The notes below the pieces were generated by a model that searched no databases, had not been told where the DNA came from, and saw only the letters and a program-made list of their open reading frames with translations. Source: Octopus sinensis (Eukaryota). Taken from it: 64,000 nt of DNA. Positions 1 through 13,697 of the stretch are shown piece by piece (position 1 is the stretch's first letter; every line of letters starts with the position of its first letter). The translations under genes were made by a program, and so were the position numbers. The DNA is taken from NCBI RefSeq assembly GCF_006345805.1, contig NC_043000.1:131502001-131566000 (forward strand), in the 5' to 3' direction.

Positions 1-300
1 CCCAGTACGTTAAAAAAAATTTGTACTTGTTTTATCGAATCTTCTTTTCCAACCGCTAAGTACTGGGACATACACAAACAATATCTGTTACCAAGCGGCA
101 GGACGAGGCACAGTCACACACACATTCGTATATACGACGAGCTTCCACACAATTTCTATGTAACAAATCCACTCACAAAGGAATTGGTCGGCCCAAGGCT
201 ACTATTGAAAACGCGTGCTTAAGATGGCACGCAGTAAAATTGTACCCGAGACCACGAGGTTTTTAAAGCGAGCTTCATCACCCAGCCATGCCTGCGCCTA
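1..300 (-). mobile_element. tRNA-derived SINE family B, diverged partial copy
   Basis: Reverse complement matches the head and central block (…ggccgaccaa…gtgagtggatttg…) seen in the cleaner copies at 6727 and 11014. Confidence 0.7.
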
Positions 301-1273
301 TCCTCAGCAATATTTAACGACGATCCATTTGTCATTAAAAAACAGAAAGTAGAGAACAGTTCTTTCTGTGGTGAGTGATAGGAAAACACGTTATATTATT
401 ATTAAAAGAAAGAAAGAATGTGATGTGCCTGAATAATGAATGCGAAAAATATCTTTAATAATTGAAATTCCTTCTTGGTTGAATAAAGAGGTAATTATTA
501 ACGGGGAGATAATTACAAGAAATTAAAAATAAATTTCACAAAAACTAATTTACATGCTGAGAATGGAGTTCTAATCTTCATGACCAAGCAAAGTGACAGC
601 TACGGATACATATCGACGTTATGGGACTTCGTCAGTAAAACACAGTTGTATTAGAACGTGTTTTATTCAGTCGAGAAATGCTTTTTGCATATAAAGTAAG
701 AGGTATGGAAATCTTTGGGTAGGAGTAATGTATGTTTTTTAAAAATATATATATATATAAACTAAGGGAGGTAACTCAGGTAGGCCAATGGCTTGAATTA
801 CGATAAATGTAATATGCAGAGTAGATCACGAATAGTATTTTTTTTTTTCAGAATTATGCTTAGTTATGGTAAATATACGAGTGTTTGTCCCAAAACAACG
901 AGGGATCTTTATGCGGACTCGTGCAATTTTAGAAATAGCAGTGAAAAGTTTCTCTAATTTCATTCTGCAGTCGTAAATTGGGTAGGATTAGTCTGAGTTG
1001 CTGCAAATTAGTATCGAATATTATTCTCCATTTCTTGGAATGATTTGGATTTGTTTGCGCAAACTCTTTAAGATAACCGCATAGAAAAAAAAAAAACAAG
1101 AGGGGTCATCAGATCTAAAATGAAAAGCGAATTTTGCGTGATCGTTTAATACTTAAAGTGTAAACATTGGTAAGAAGATACTGCAAAAAAATTCAGAATA
1201 ACAGAGGAATACATAACTCTACTTTCTGTATTGAGCATTCATTTTTCTTCTTTGTTCTTTCTGCTGAAATGTG

Positions 1274-1325
<52 letters not shown>

Positions 1326-1328
<3 letters not shown>

Positions 1329-1698
1329 CTTTTATTTTTTTCTTATTTGAGTCATTGAACTGCGGCCATGCTGGGGCACCACCTTGAAGGATATTAAGTC
1401 GAATACATTGACCATAGGACTTTTTTTTTTATCCTTGTACTTGTTCTATCGGTGTCTTTTATCGAACCTTTAAGTTACAGGGACGCAAACAAACCAACAT
1501 CGGTTGTCAAGCGGTGGTGGCGGGCAGACACAAACGCTAGGATACACACACACGCACACTCATTGATATATACATATATAGATGCTTCCTTTAGTTTCCC
1601 TCGATCAAATTCACTCACAAGGCTTTGGTCGGCCAGTGGAACTGAACCCGAATCATTTAGCTGAGAAGCAAAGTTCTTACCACACAGCCACGCCTACA
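1326..1698 (-). mobile_element. SINE family B, full-length
   Basis: 3' tail (tcattgaactgcggccatgctgg), internal (CA/TA) microsatellite and head (ccacacagccacgcctac) are all present. Confidence 0.85.
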
Positions 1699-1729
1699 CT
1701 TAAATATGAGCATGTATGTGTGTGTCTGT

Positions 1730-2045
<316 letters not shown>

Positions 2046-2437
2046 GAGTGGGTGACTGGTTGTTATTGTTGCTTTTAATCCAGGTCAGCCCATGCCGAGT
2101 AACTATACGATGAGTATTCCACCCATGACCATCCTGACTTTTATTCATATCATACTTACTGTATTCAAAACTTCATTACCTTTTTTATTTCTGTTTATTT
2201 TCTTCTTCTTTTTTTTCTTCTAGGAAGCAAAAGTATGATATGAGGCTGTTGGGAAAAGATTTGGATGCTCATTTTAGCGGGTCGATTAGCCACGGGGGAA
2301 TTTCTTCCTTGAACCAATGGTGGCATCGTAGGCTGTTTGAAGAAAGAAATGTTTGCCAATTGCCCTAGGATTTGCTCACACGGAGCACAAACTGCGTAAT
2401 ATCATTTAAAAATATATTCAGCCTTAAGCAAGGTTTT

Positions 2438-2871
2438 CGTCTCTCTCCCTCTCTCTCTCCCTCTCTCCCTCTCTCTCCTCCTCTCCCTCTCCCCCTCTCT
2501 CTCCTCCTCTCCCTCTCCCCTCTCTCCCCTCCTCCTTCTCTCCCTCTCCCCTCTCTCTCCTCCTCTTTCTCTCCCTCTCCCTCTCTCTCTCCCTCCCTCC
2601 TTCTCTCTTATTTCTATTTCGCATCACAGATTTCTTCGCAGAAAGGAAAAATAAAGGAAAACTAAAATAAATGTAAGATTTCTCGTAATATTCTTCTTAT
2701 CTCTAAAAAGAAGATAAATCGAAATATCAGATCTATTTACGTAAAACATGACTGTTTCTTTTTTTTGTATCGATTAACACATTTTTTTTCGTTTTTTTTT
2801 ATTTTCATATTCGTTTATTTGCTTCTTTTTATATTTTATTTCATTATTCCCTCTTTTTTCAATTTTGTGTT

Positions 2872-2936
<65 letters not shown>

Positions 2937-2991
2937 AAGAAGGATGTGCATTTGCACAGCAAAATGCTGGGAAAATAGTTCAGTTATTGTT

Positions 2992-3047
<56 letters not shown>

Positions 3048-3544
3048 TATTGTTGTTATTATTATAGTAGTTGTTTTTGCTGATTTTTTTTTTTCTTTTT
3101 TGTCTTTCATATTTGTGAGTGTGTGTGCATACGCTTGTGTGTGGTTGGGTGTGTGGGTGTGTTTCGTTAATATGCTCTAAGAAATATTTGTTCTAAGCGA
3201 TATATATACTTTATAAATTATATACTGCAGTTAGTTGAATAGAAGTCAAAGATAGGAAGTAGTCGAGCAGGAAACACCAGTTCTATAGACATCACTATCG
3301 TAGAATGCAGCAGCAACGGCGGTGGCAGCAGCAGCAGCAACAACAACATTGAAGGGGAGGAGAAAGAAGAAGAAGAAGAAGAAGAAGAAGAGGTACTGCT
3401 GCTGCTGTTGATGATGATGATGATGATGATGATGATGAGAAAGATGGGTGACTGGCAGTAAAGGTGGGGAATAACGTTAATGATGTTAAGAAGCAGTAAT
3501 AGGATTAGGGAGATGTTGGTGATGATGATGATGGTGATGATGAC

Positions 3545-3595
<51 letters not shown>

Positions 3596-3635
3596 GGTGG
3601 TGGTGGTGGTGGTGGTGGTGGTGTGGTGGTGGTGG

Positions 3636-3677
<42 letters not shown>

Positions 3678-3880
3678 CGATGATGATGATGATGGTGATG
3701 ATGATGATGATGATGAGAGGAGGAGGAGGAGGTAAAAATAAAACTGATGTTTCATTTATTATTCGATCTAACAAAGAGTTGGCCTGTTATTATCTTTTCC
3801 TCTCCCCCCCCCGCTCCTATATTTCGAACATAACAGCCGTCTGTAAAGATTGAAAATGGAAACAAATTTGATTACAACTA

Positions 3881-3918
<38 letters not shown>

Positions 3919-3975
3919 CGCTGCTGCCATTGCTTCTGCTGTTGCCACCGCTACTGCCACTACCGCCACCATCAC
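2438..3975. repeat. Microsatellite mosaic: (CT)n, (GA)n, (ATC)n, (GAA)n, (GAT)n, (GGT)n, (CTA)n
   Basis: Directly visible; accounts for the poly-S/I/H/M/Y ORFs in the track. Confidence 0.95.
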
Positions 3976-4374
3976 AGCAAGATTCAGGATGGGGAAAAAA
4001 TGTCTATAATACCATTAGAACGCCAACTAAAGTGTCTTGCTATATTTCTTATATCTACTTATATAAGTTTATATCCCTACCAGGACATCTTTGTCTTTCA
4101 ACCTTCCAAGGTCGAAGAAACAAAGCCCTGGATAAATGCCGAGGACAATTTCTTCGAAGCTAGGATAAGATTCCTAGCGAATTTTAATGGCCCTATACAT
4201 TCTGATTTCAAATCCCGCCGAGATAAACTTCCCCTTTCACTCTTTCAGTGTCAGTAAGGTACTGAAAAGCGATTAAACCGACTAAGCCACGTTAAATAAA
4301 AATACTTACAGCTTATTTTAATCCACGCTGTTTAGTGCTTTTTTTTAATTGACTCGTATTAAAATGATGTTCAA

Positions 4375-4755
4375 AAGAAGCATGGGCCGAAGAAATTTAC
4401 TAAAAGCTTGCTTCCCAACCACATGGTTCCGGGTTGAGTCACACTGTGTGACACTTTGGGCACGTGTCTTCTGTGATAGCCTCGGGCCGACCAAAGCCTT
4501 GTGAGTGAATCTGGTAGAGGGAAACTGAAAGAAGCTCGTCGTATATACATATGTGTATGTATGTATGTATCTATGTATCCATGTGTGTCTTTGTATCTGT
4601 CCCTCCACACCGTTTGACAACCGGTGCTGGTTTCTTTACACCCCCGTAACTTGGCGGTTCGGGAAAAGAGACCGATAGAATAAGTCTTTAAAAAACCTTT
4701 CAAGGCAATGCTCCAGCATGGTCGCAGTCAAAAGTCTGAAACAAGTAAAAGAATA
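4375..4755 (+). mobile_element. SINE family B
   Basis: ccacatggttccgggtt head, ctcgggccgaccaaagccttgtgagtg centre, gaaacaagtaaaaga tail. Confidence 0.85.
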
Positions 4756-4786
4756 GATGCTTTGAGAATATTTGATTCAGTAACAT

Positions 4787-5530
4787 TGGTTTCAAATTCT
4801 TGGTGCATGCCAGCAATTTTGATAAACGGATGAATCGATTATATCCCACCCCCAGGGCTCAGTTGGTTCTTGTTTTATCGACCCCGAGAGGACAAAAGGC
4901 AAAGTCGACCTCGGTGGAATTTGAACTCAGAACGTAAGGATGGACGAAATGCCGCGAAGCATTTTGCCCGGCCTGCTAATGATTCCAATAGGTCACCGCA
5001 ATTATTGATCCAGTAATATTGGTGGTGGTGGTGGTGGTGGTGGTGGTGATGATGATGATGGGCATCGATCCTGGAGCAATTAAAAGTAATGTCAACCTTA
5101 TAAGGAATTTGAAGTCAGAACGTAGAAGGACATAATTAAAAACTGCATTTCATATTGTTTCTGGCACAGCCATTTCTGCCACTTTGCATCACTTAATAAG
5201 AATTTCAAACGTACGCAAAAAGTTACAAACTTGGAAGAAGGAAAAAGTCGATTATATCGACCTTGGTATTTAAATGGTACTTTATTTTATCGTCTCCGAA
5301 AGGATGAAATATAAAACCAACCTTGAGGAATTTGAACATCGAATCTTATTAAAAAAGCGTAATTCATTTTGTTGACTTACCACTTAATATTGATTTCTAA
5401 CATAAGTATAAGACCAAAATTTATAGTTGGAGATGGAGTATAGTCGATCGCAGAATTTGACTGATGCTTATTTCATTAAGTTCGGTAGATGAAATGCAAA
5501 TTCGATTGTGGTGAGGCTTGAAGTGAAAGC
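4787..5530 (-). mobile_element. Cluster of 3-4 decayed SINE family A copies
   Basis: Repeated ggcaaagtcgacctcg…gaatttgaactcagaacg motif at decreasing identity. Confidence 0.7.
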
Positions 5531-5839
5531 ATAAGGGTCTACAACTGACCAAATACTGCAAGTCTCAACTGATTTTATCATCTCATCACCTTAGTAAAGG
5601 TTATGAAGGATAATACAAGAGATGAACAAATTCAGAAAGATGTAATAAAATATAAAGATCAAATATGATAAAAGACAATAAAGGAAACAAACCAAAGTGC
5701 AAAGATTGCTGTAAACTATTAGAACAAATAGAAAATACGCACAATTTCAGAGCCGTAAAGGAGTTTAAACTCCAACTATTACGAATTCTAATAGTCATAT
5801 TATTATAAATTCTAATATTATACAATATTCATATTTTAT

Positions 5840-5929
5840 ATCTCTGAAGAGCAGAAGGATTGTCTATAAATGCTTATCAATATAGGATTTCATTATAGGG
5901 ACAACTCTTCTGCGAAACGATCGTAAGAT
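5840..5929 (+). ncRNA. Type I hammerhead ribozyme, canonical core
   Basis: Stem I ATCT(5840-43)/AGAT(5926-29); core CTGAAGA(5844-50); stem II GCAGAAG/CTTCTGC plus extension; GAAA(5914-17); palindromic CGATCG; GUA cleavage after 5925. Confidence 0.85.
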
Positions 5930-6269
5930 GCTTAAAAAATTAATTCAAAACTTTTAAACTATCAAATGTATCTTATACATTATATTTATATTTATATTTA
6001 TATATATATATATATTTATTTATATATATTTTTAATACAATAAGGTCTTTCACACGGGTATATCTTTATGATGAGTTCGATATTGATTTCCTTATATTAA
6101 TAATAATAATAATAATATATTACTAAAAAATATATGTAAATACTCATAGTCATACAACCCTAGGCGGTTTGCTGAAGTTAAAAGATGAATAGAGAGAAGT
6201 TTTCCTCTTTTTATATTTTTAGTTCGCTGGTTCTCAAACTATTTCTTTTTATGAAAAAATACTTCAAAG

Positions 6270-6572
6270 CAAATAACAATATGGTGGTACATCCAGTACA
6301 TAGCTGGATCTCCTGATGTAAACGGCAGATGAGGGTTGCGAAACCTCTTGCTGAACAACCTTTTATAGTGTTGAAATGTTTGTGTTGTACATAAGTATAC
6401 TCCCCACAACAGATCGACATTGCCTGTACATTGCACTTTGTACCAAACATCCGACGTCAAAGTGATCGCAGAGTAATGTGAAATTAAGTGCTTTGCTCAA
6501 AAACACAACGCAGCTCTCGGCCCAGGAATCGGAACCGCGATCTTGCGAGCAACCATTAGGCCACGCGCTTTC
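6270..6572 (-). mobile_element. tRNA-derived SINE family C, diverged
   Basis: Minus strand gives gcgcgtggcctaatggtt…gttccgattcc (A/B-box-like), then gttgtgtttttgagcaaagcact. Confidence 0.65.
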
Positions 6573-6726
6573 ACATTTAGAATGTAAAGACAAAACGTAT
6601 ATAAGACAAAGGTATTTATATCTATTAGGATATAAATAATTTAACGCAAAGAAAATTATTTGCTACTTAGTCTTTTATTCAATTAATAAAGTATAATTAT
6701 CTTGGATTTATATTTAGAAGTTCACA

Positions 6727-7130
6727 TAGGCGTAGGAGTGGCTGTGTGGTAAGTAGCTTGCTTACGAACCACATGGTTTCGAGTTCAGGCCCACTGCGTG
6801 GCACCTTGGGTAAATGTCTTCTACTATAGCCTCGGGCGACCAAAGCCTTGTGAGTGGATTTGGTAGACGAAACTGAAAGAAGCCCGTTGTATATATATAT
6901 ATATTTATTTATTTATTTATTTATTTGTATGTGTGTATATGTTTGTGTGTCTTTATTTATCCCCACCCACCCAACATCGCTTGACAACCGATGCTGGTGT
7001 GTTTACGCCCCCGATAGAATAAGTACTAGGCTTACAAAGAATAAGTTCTGGGGTCGATTTGCTCGACTAAAGGCGGTGCTCCAGCATGGCCACAGTCAAA
7101 TGACTGAAACAAATAAAAGTGTAAAAGAGT
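6727..7130 (+). mobile_element. SINE family B, full-length
   Basis: ggcgtaggagtggctgtgtggtaag head, B-box-like gagttcag, accttgggtaaat block resembling the start of the CORE domain, internal SSR, tail. Confidence 0.9.
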
Positions 7131-7299
7131 AACCTTCTGCGTTCAGTGTTCAAAGTCCATTGGTGTTGACTTTGGCTTTCAATAAAATTAAGTACCAGGC
7201 AAATACTGGGATTGATAAAATCGTCTAATTATTCTCCTCCAAAATTTTTGTGGTCTTGTTCGTATGTTAGAGAGGCCATTACTTTTGCTGTGCTTTCAG

Positions 7300-7432
7300 C
7301 CACTTCACGCAATATGCTAATGGCTTAGTTAAAAACAGGAAGGGCAACATCGATGGCTTTTGTAACCACTTCAAAACTGCTGCTGTGAAACGAGAAAGTT
7401 TGGCTGAGATTGCAAGGCTGGACCAAATTCTT
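7300..7432 (+). CDS. Candidate internal exon (HFTQYANGLVKNRKGNIDGFCNHFKTAAVKRESLAEIARLDQIL), protein not recognised
   Basis: Acceptor ttttgctgtgctttcag|, donor |gtaaga; only one of three frames is open; non-repetitive and GC-richer than the flanks. Confidence 0.4.
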
Positions 7433-7544
7433 GTAAGAGTCGACTCTGGTATAAACACCCAAGGGCCAGATGGTGGTATTATACCGGGCGACTGAATCAA
7501 GTTTGTCAGTCGAAAACAGGAACGGTCTATCAAACAGACTTCTG

Positions 7545-7830
7545 ATACACTGTTGGTTACGATAACAAGCTTTCCAGTTGATCCGATCAACGGAACAGCC
7601 TGCGCGTGAAATTAATGTGCAAGTAGCTGAGCACTCCACAGGCATGCGTGCCCTTAACGTAGTTATCAGAGAGATTCAGTGTGACACAGAATGTGACAAG
7701 GCTGGCCCTTTAAAATACAAGTACTACTGATTTTTGCCAGCTGAGTGGATTGGAGCGACATGAGAAAAAAAGGTGTCTTGCTCAGAGACATAATGCTCCA
7801 CCGGGAATCGCACTCACAGCCTTAAACAGA
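7545..7830 (-). mobile_element. SINE family D
   Basis: Matches the copies at 34570 (+) and 42710 (-): gagcaagacac…ccactcagctggcaaaa…gaactacgttaaggg…gatcggatcaactgg. Confidence 0.85.
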
Positions 7831-7968
7831 CTTCTACGTAGTCTCCACCAACAAAATTTCTATCACATGATCCACAGCGATTGTAGAACTTTTCCAAGGT
7901 GACAGGTAACGAGGTCTAACCAGAATCCTGTCCATATAATCTCTTTACACATACTAGTATGGAACAGT

Positions 7969-8261
7969 TTATTTATTTATGCGCCCTTTTCAAGCCTAGC
8001 CAGACTCATGGGCCCGGTATCCCGGTTTCTGTGGCGTATGTGTACCCCACCCCCCGCCCAGCTGGACGGGACGCCAGTCCATCGTAGCGTTTCTCAAGAA
8101 ACAGGAAGAAAGAGTGAGAGAAAGTTGGAGCGAAAGAGTACAACAGGGGTCGCCCTAGGTGTTTTCGCTCAATAAACACACACAACGCCCGGTCTGGGAA
8201 TCGAAACCACGATCCTCCGACCGCGAGTCCGGTGCCCTAACCACTGGCCCATGGCGCCTCC
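7969..8261 (-). mobile_element. tRNA-derived SINE with V-domain-like core; 13-bp TSD
   Basis: tRNA-like head with gtttcgattccc B box; gatggactggcgtcccgtccag motif; TSD agtatggaacagt at 7956-7968 and 8262-8274; (TAAA)n tail. Confidence 0.85.
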
Positions 8262-8932
8262 AGTATGGAACAGTGACATTGATTAATTGATTAAGTGCCA
8301 AGGAAGTTGATTTATTCGCGTTGCGATTTCTATTCGGCAATTAAAATTATTAAAATAAACTCCAAGAAAACCATGCTGCCAAGCCTTTTCAGTTCATTAC
8401 TATCTTGTCTATAGAACTAATATAAAGAGATAGCTATGCAGTTAAAAGGTTGGCTTCGAAAGCACGTGGTTAAGGACTCGATTCTTTTGTGCGGCTCTGA
8501 AAAAAAAAATGTATCTTCTGTCACAATTTCAGATTGATCAATGTCTTTCGAGAAGAATTTGGCAGACTAATACTGTTCGAAAGCGTGTGAAAATTTATAA
8601 GACATACAAAAAATTCTCCAATTGAGATTCTTTAAATGAATTTATGCACACACTTAATTCTGTGCATCTATAAGTGCATACACATGAAAAGTTATGATGC
8701 ATACGCGCGCACGATGGTCGCACGCAAGCAATTACAAAAAGCACTAAAAAACCATGTTCACACAGGATATAAATGTAGCTGCATACATCTACATATATGC
8801 ACATACTGACTCAACCATATATTAACAAAACCCGGCAAGGTTCTAACTGAAGAAAACAACTGGTTTAGACTCCATTAAGAAGAACTTTGATAAATCTCAA
8901 AGAAAAATATACATGCAAAAATACATACAGAA

Positions 8933-8934
8933 TG

Positions 8935-8994
<60 letters not shown>

Positions 8995-9245
8995 TATTGT
9001 CTTTGCACAGCTTCTAACGCTGGAGATGTACTACGGTGCCCGCTATTCACTACCAGTGAACTAAGGTTACACCTCTTATTTTTCGAGCACCATCCGGAGT
9101 ATTCGAGCGGTTCCAAGCAGTGCTGTTTTCTGTAATTGCAGCCCCTAATTGTTCTATGTACATCTCAAGATTTGTACCCACTGTTCCCAGTGCTCCGACA
9201 ATTATTGGTACAACTACCACCTTTTTCAGCAACCACAACTGCCTA
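8933..9245 (-). mobile_element. R4/Dong-type RLE LINE, 3' fragment ending in (AAT)n
   Basis: WLLKKVVVVPIIVGALGTV… RLE C-terminus; (AAT)n at its 3' end (8933-8995). Confidence 0.8.
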
Positions 9246-9254
9246 ACCTCCCAA

Positions 9255-9570
9255 GACTTTGCTTTTCATCCTTTCGGGGTCGATAAATTAAGTACCAGTT
9301 ACGTAATGGCGTCGATCTAATCGACTGGCCCCCACCTCCCCCAAAATTTCGGGCCTAGAGTAGAAAAGAATCGTGAGTACGCTGGATAAAATTCTTGGCA
9401 ACATTTCGTCCGTCTTTCCGTTCTGAGTTCAAATGCTGCCGATACCTACTTTAATAACTTTCATTCTTTCGGCATCGATAAAATAAGCACCAGTCAAGCA
9501 CTGGGGTGTATATAACAGACTATCCATCTCCCACAAGCTTCATCTTGTGGCTGTTCTAAAAAGGATTACT
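9255..9570 (+). mobile_element. Two SINE family A copies (alternative-tail variant)
   Basis: tttcatcctttcggggtcgataaattaagtaccag core; gttcaaat B box in the second copy. Confidence 0.8.
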
Positions 9571-10009
9571 GCATTCTCAGGTGGCAAAATAAAATTATAT
9601 ACTTTATCTATGTCCTTTTATATTCTTAGTTCGAGTACTAGGTTAGTAGACTTTGACTTTTCTCCTCTTTACAGGAATCGATAAAATAAAATACTAGTCA
9701 TGTAGCGGATCAATTTGATCGATTATAGCGCATCGATAAAAATTGAGGTCTTGTTCTTATGTCAGAACTATCACGATACTAGAGTGACACTCGGGTAAAT
9801 ACAGTAGGGCAAAAAAAAAATTACTGTTTGAAGTTCAGTATGTTTTAAAGGATTTTTGGAGTTTTAATTTTGCTTTATCTTTCTTTCTTATGGAATCGAC
9901 AAAATAGGAACATGTCAAGTACTGGAATTGATTTAATATGCATGCAAGCATAGATACGAGTACGTGCATATGTCCAAAATATTTTGGTTCTATCCCTGTT
10001 TGGATTCAA

Positions 10010-10155
10010 CATCAATATTGTCATCATCGTCATTGTCGACGTTGTTGTCATCATCAATCACATCCTCATCCTCCTCATCCTCACTATTATTATCATCATC
10101 GTTAGCCTCCTCTTCATCATCATCATCATCAATGTCGTCATCGTCGTCGTCGTCG

Positions 10156-10194
<39 letters not shown>

Positions 10195-10330
10195 CCACCA
10201 CCACCACCACCAACACCACCACCAACACTACCACCACCACCTTCTTCTTCTTCTTCTTCTTCTTCTTCTTTTCTTCTTCTTCTTCTTCTTCTTCTTCTTC
10301 TTCTTCTTCTTGCTTTTCTTCCTCCTCCTT
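10010..10330. repeat. (ATC/GTC/ACC/TTC)n trinucleotide mosaic
   Basis: Directly visible. Confidence 0.95.
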
Positions 10331-10779
10331 TAATTATTTCTGTTTAGGTACTTACCTACTTACTCCTTTTTATTAAGTAGTCGAACTCGATATCGATGCA
10401 AGTTCTAATGAGTAACATCAGTGAAAAAGAGTAACTATTACGTTTGCTCCAACATTTTTCAAGCGATTCAAAGATTAACTGCCACACCTACCAATAAAAT
10501 GAAAATGCTTGTTAGCTTGCTGTAGACACGACAAAAGAGGTACCTGTTAGTTATAAAGCTGTTGCAGTATTTGCTAAATTTAAGTAGCTTCACTGAAGGG
10601 TACAGTAACATTACCTACTTGAATAAATAGCCTAATTTCTATCTTTTGTTCAATATATACGACATAGATTGCGCGGTGGATCGATAAATCTATTGATACA
10701 TGGCTTGTATGTGTGTGTATAATGACTTATGATGACATATGTTTGTATGATTGTATGTATGAATGTTTGTATGTATTCA

Positions 10780-10823
10780 TAAAGATATATATATATACAT
10801 ACATATACAGACATATATGTATG

Positions 10824-10875
<52 letters not shown>

Positions 10876-10887
10876 CAGACTTATATG

Positions 10888-10949
<62 letters not shown>

Positions 10950-10982
10950 TACAGACATATATGTATGTATGTATATATATAT
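10780..10982. repeat. (TA)n tract with a duplicated tacagacatatatgtatgtatg unit
   Basis: Directly visible. Confidence 0.9.
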
Positions 10983-11013
10983 GGGTTTCGATTCCCCGCT
11001 TGGGAAGAATCCA

Positions 11014-11425
11014 TAGGTGCAGGAGTGGCTGTGTGGTAAGTAGCTTGCTTACAAACCACATGGTTCCGGGTTCAGTCCACTGCGTGGCGCCTTGGGCAAG
11101 TGTCTTCTACTATGGCCTAGGGCCGACCAAAGCCTTGTGAGTGGATTTGGTAGACGGAAACTGAAAGAAGCCCGTCGTATATGTTTGTGCGTGTGTGTGT
11201 GTGTGTGTGGTGTGTGTGTGTGTGTCTGTGTTTGTCCCCACCCTCAACATCGCTTGACAAACGATGCTGGTGTGTTTACGTCCCAGTAACTTAGCGGTTC
11301 GGCAAAAGAGACCGATAGAATAAGTACTAGGCTTACAAAGAATAAGTCCTGGGGTTGATTTGCCCGACAAAAGGCGGTGCTCCACCATGGGCGCAGTCAA
11401 ATGACTGAAACCAGTAAAAAAGTGA
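11014..11425 (+). mobile_element. SINE family B, full-length, close to consensus
   Basis: Head, CORE-like ccttgggcaagtgtctt, internal (TG)n and tail all present. Confidence 0.92.
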
Positions 11426-11433
11426 TATATATA

Positions 11434-11482
<49 letters not shown>

Positions 11483-12478
11483 TGTTATACATATAGTTCT
11501 AAAATCTCTCTAAGAGATCAACGCAGTAGTTGTACTGACAAAGCTGCATCCGATAAATTGCGATCAGAGAGAGAACCCCTACCACTTCCTAGCGTCGGGA
11601 CTAGTAGACCAATCCTGGTTTCGGGCTATTTCTTCCACGCTTCGGTACCAGACACCTCTTCTGCTACAGATGGCAGTAGCTCGCCTCTGCTCACAATACA
11701 TATATTTCAAGCGAATGCACAGTCGTTTATTTTGCAACAGACAAAAATGATAGTTTTAAAGTCTCTCAAAGAGATCAACGCAGTCAATATGTGTTTTAAA
11801 ATCTCTCTAGGAGATCGATCAGTCAATAAATGTTTTATGAGATATTGTCCGATCGATCTCATCTCTGATTTACGTGTGAAATTCCAGGTAACAGCTTTGT
11901 GAACTTCAAACTATTACCCAATTACGTACAAAGTTCAGAAATTGTTCTGAGTGATTATTTCATTCGCTTGGCTTCAAACACACCCACGTATAAGCATACA
12001 CACAAGCACAGAACAACAGCACAGCTTGCGTCAGAAGAACTGAGATAAATTTAGATATTAGAAAGCCTAGCTGTGCGAAAATATAACAAATTAAATGAAT
12101 TTATTTTCTATTATTTTTGAATGTTCAAAAATGTTGAGAAGGGTTTTCCCGACGGATCTGTTTTGCAGTTTGTTGAACGCTCTTCAATGTGTATATGTGT
12201 GTGTGTGTGTATGTGTGTGTGTGTGTATATATATACCCGCCAACCTACATACATATATATATGTATATATGTATATGATGCAGCACGGATTTTTGTCAGT
12301 GAACAGGTCGCATTCTTAAAGCGACGAAAAATATTTTGACAAATTAAACTTAAATGTTGAAGTGAATTGAACGGCTTTTGTGTGTTTCTTAAATGGCTTA
12401 CAAACACCTTCCACGCTGCAATTGTTTTCGTCTCAGCACACGATCTCAGATCAAATCACTTGCTATGCAAGTACATCT

Positions 12479-12542
<64 letters not shown>

Positions 12543-12696
12543 TGCATACATACATACATACATACATACATACATACATACACATGTATATAGAAATACA
12601 CAGATACACCTATCCACACACACACACGCGCGCACGCACATACAGACGCACAATATACAGATGGAAAGATAGGAAGAAAGAGAGAAAGAGGAAAAG

Positions 12697-12733
<37 letters not shown>

Positions 12734-13343
12734 TACAGATTGAAAGATAGACAGATATGGCTGATTTGTTAAGAAATTCACTTCGAATCCATGATGTTTC
12801 GAGTTCGATCTCATTGCGTGGCATCAAAGGCAAGCTTCATAAGTAATAATTTGAAAGAGCGGAAACTGGTTAGAAGCCTTTCGTATGAATCGCATTCGTA
12901 ATTCACTGTTACACCCATTCGACAATGAACGACATTGGCTCTACCTCAGAACTAGCTAAAGGTACGCATGAATGAGAGATGTTCAACCATTTCCATAGTA
13001 ATTCAATGTACAGGTACTTCAGGTGATCCGGTAGCTAAATATTGATAGGCGAAGACAACGGAGATCCCTTACTATACTGACGTACGTGCATATATACGCA
13101 CAAACATACGTATACATACTGACGCGTCTGTGTGCGTGTGTATATGTGTGTGTAAGTGTGTGTATGTGTGTGAGAGAGAGAGAAAGTGTGTGTGTGTGTG
13201 GTCACGCACAGACGCACTTATGTACTGAGTACTTTATTCCTCGTTTATAAATACAAATACTCACCAATCAATCTGTTTATCTATCTACCAATCTATCTAT
13301 CTATCGATCTATCTATTTGTCTGTCTGTCAGTCTGTCTAGCTA

Positions 13344-13421
<78 letters not shown>

Positions 13422-13552
13422 CATATATATACATGTATATATATAATATATATATATAAATAATATATATAATAATATATATATAATAATATATATATAA
13501 ATAATATATATAGTATATACATATAATAATATATATAACATATATAATATAC

Positions 13553-13596
<44 letters not shown>

Positions 13597-13697
13597 ATAT
13601 AATTTCAACAACTGAGGGTAAAATTAATTAATTATTAATCAATTTCACCAAGTATTCAGTATGCAAAGGGACCATTTAAGACGAATTCAATTATTAC

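Noticed and set aside
595-645. Hammerhead on the minus strand (CTGACGA…GTAGCTGTC)
   Set aside because: GAAA is missing and stem I does not pair.
8190-8261. tRNA gene
   Set aside because: The tRNA-like head continues into a SINE body bounded by a TSD; no complete acceptor stem.
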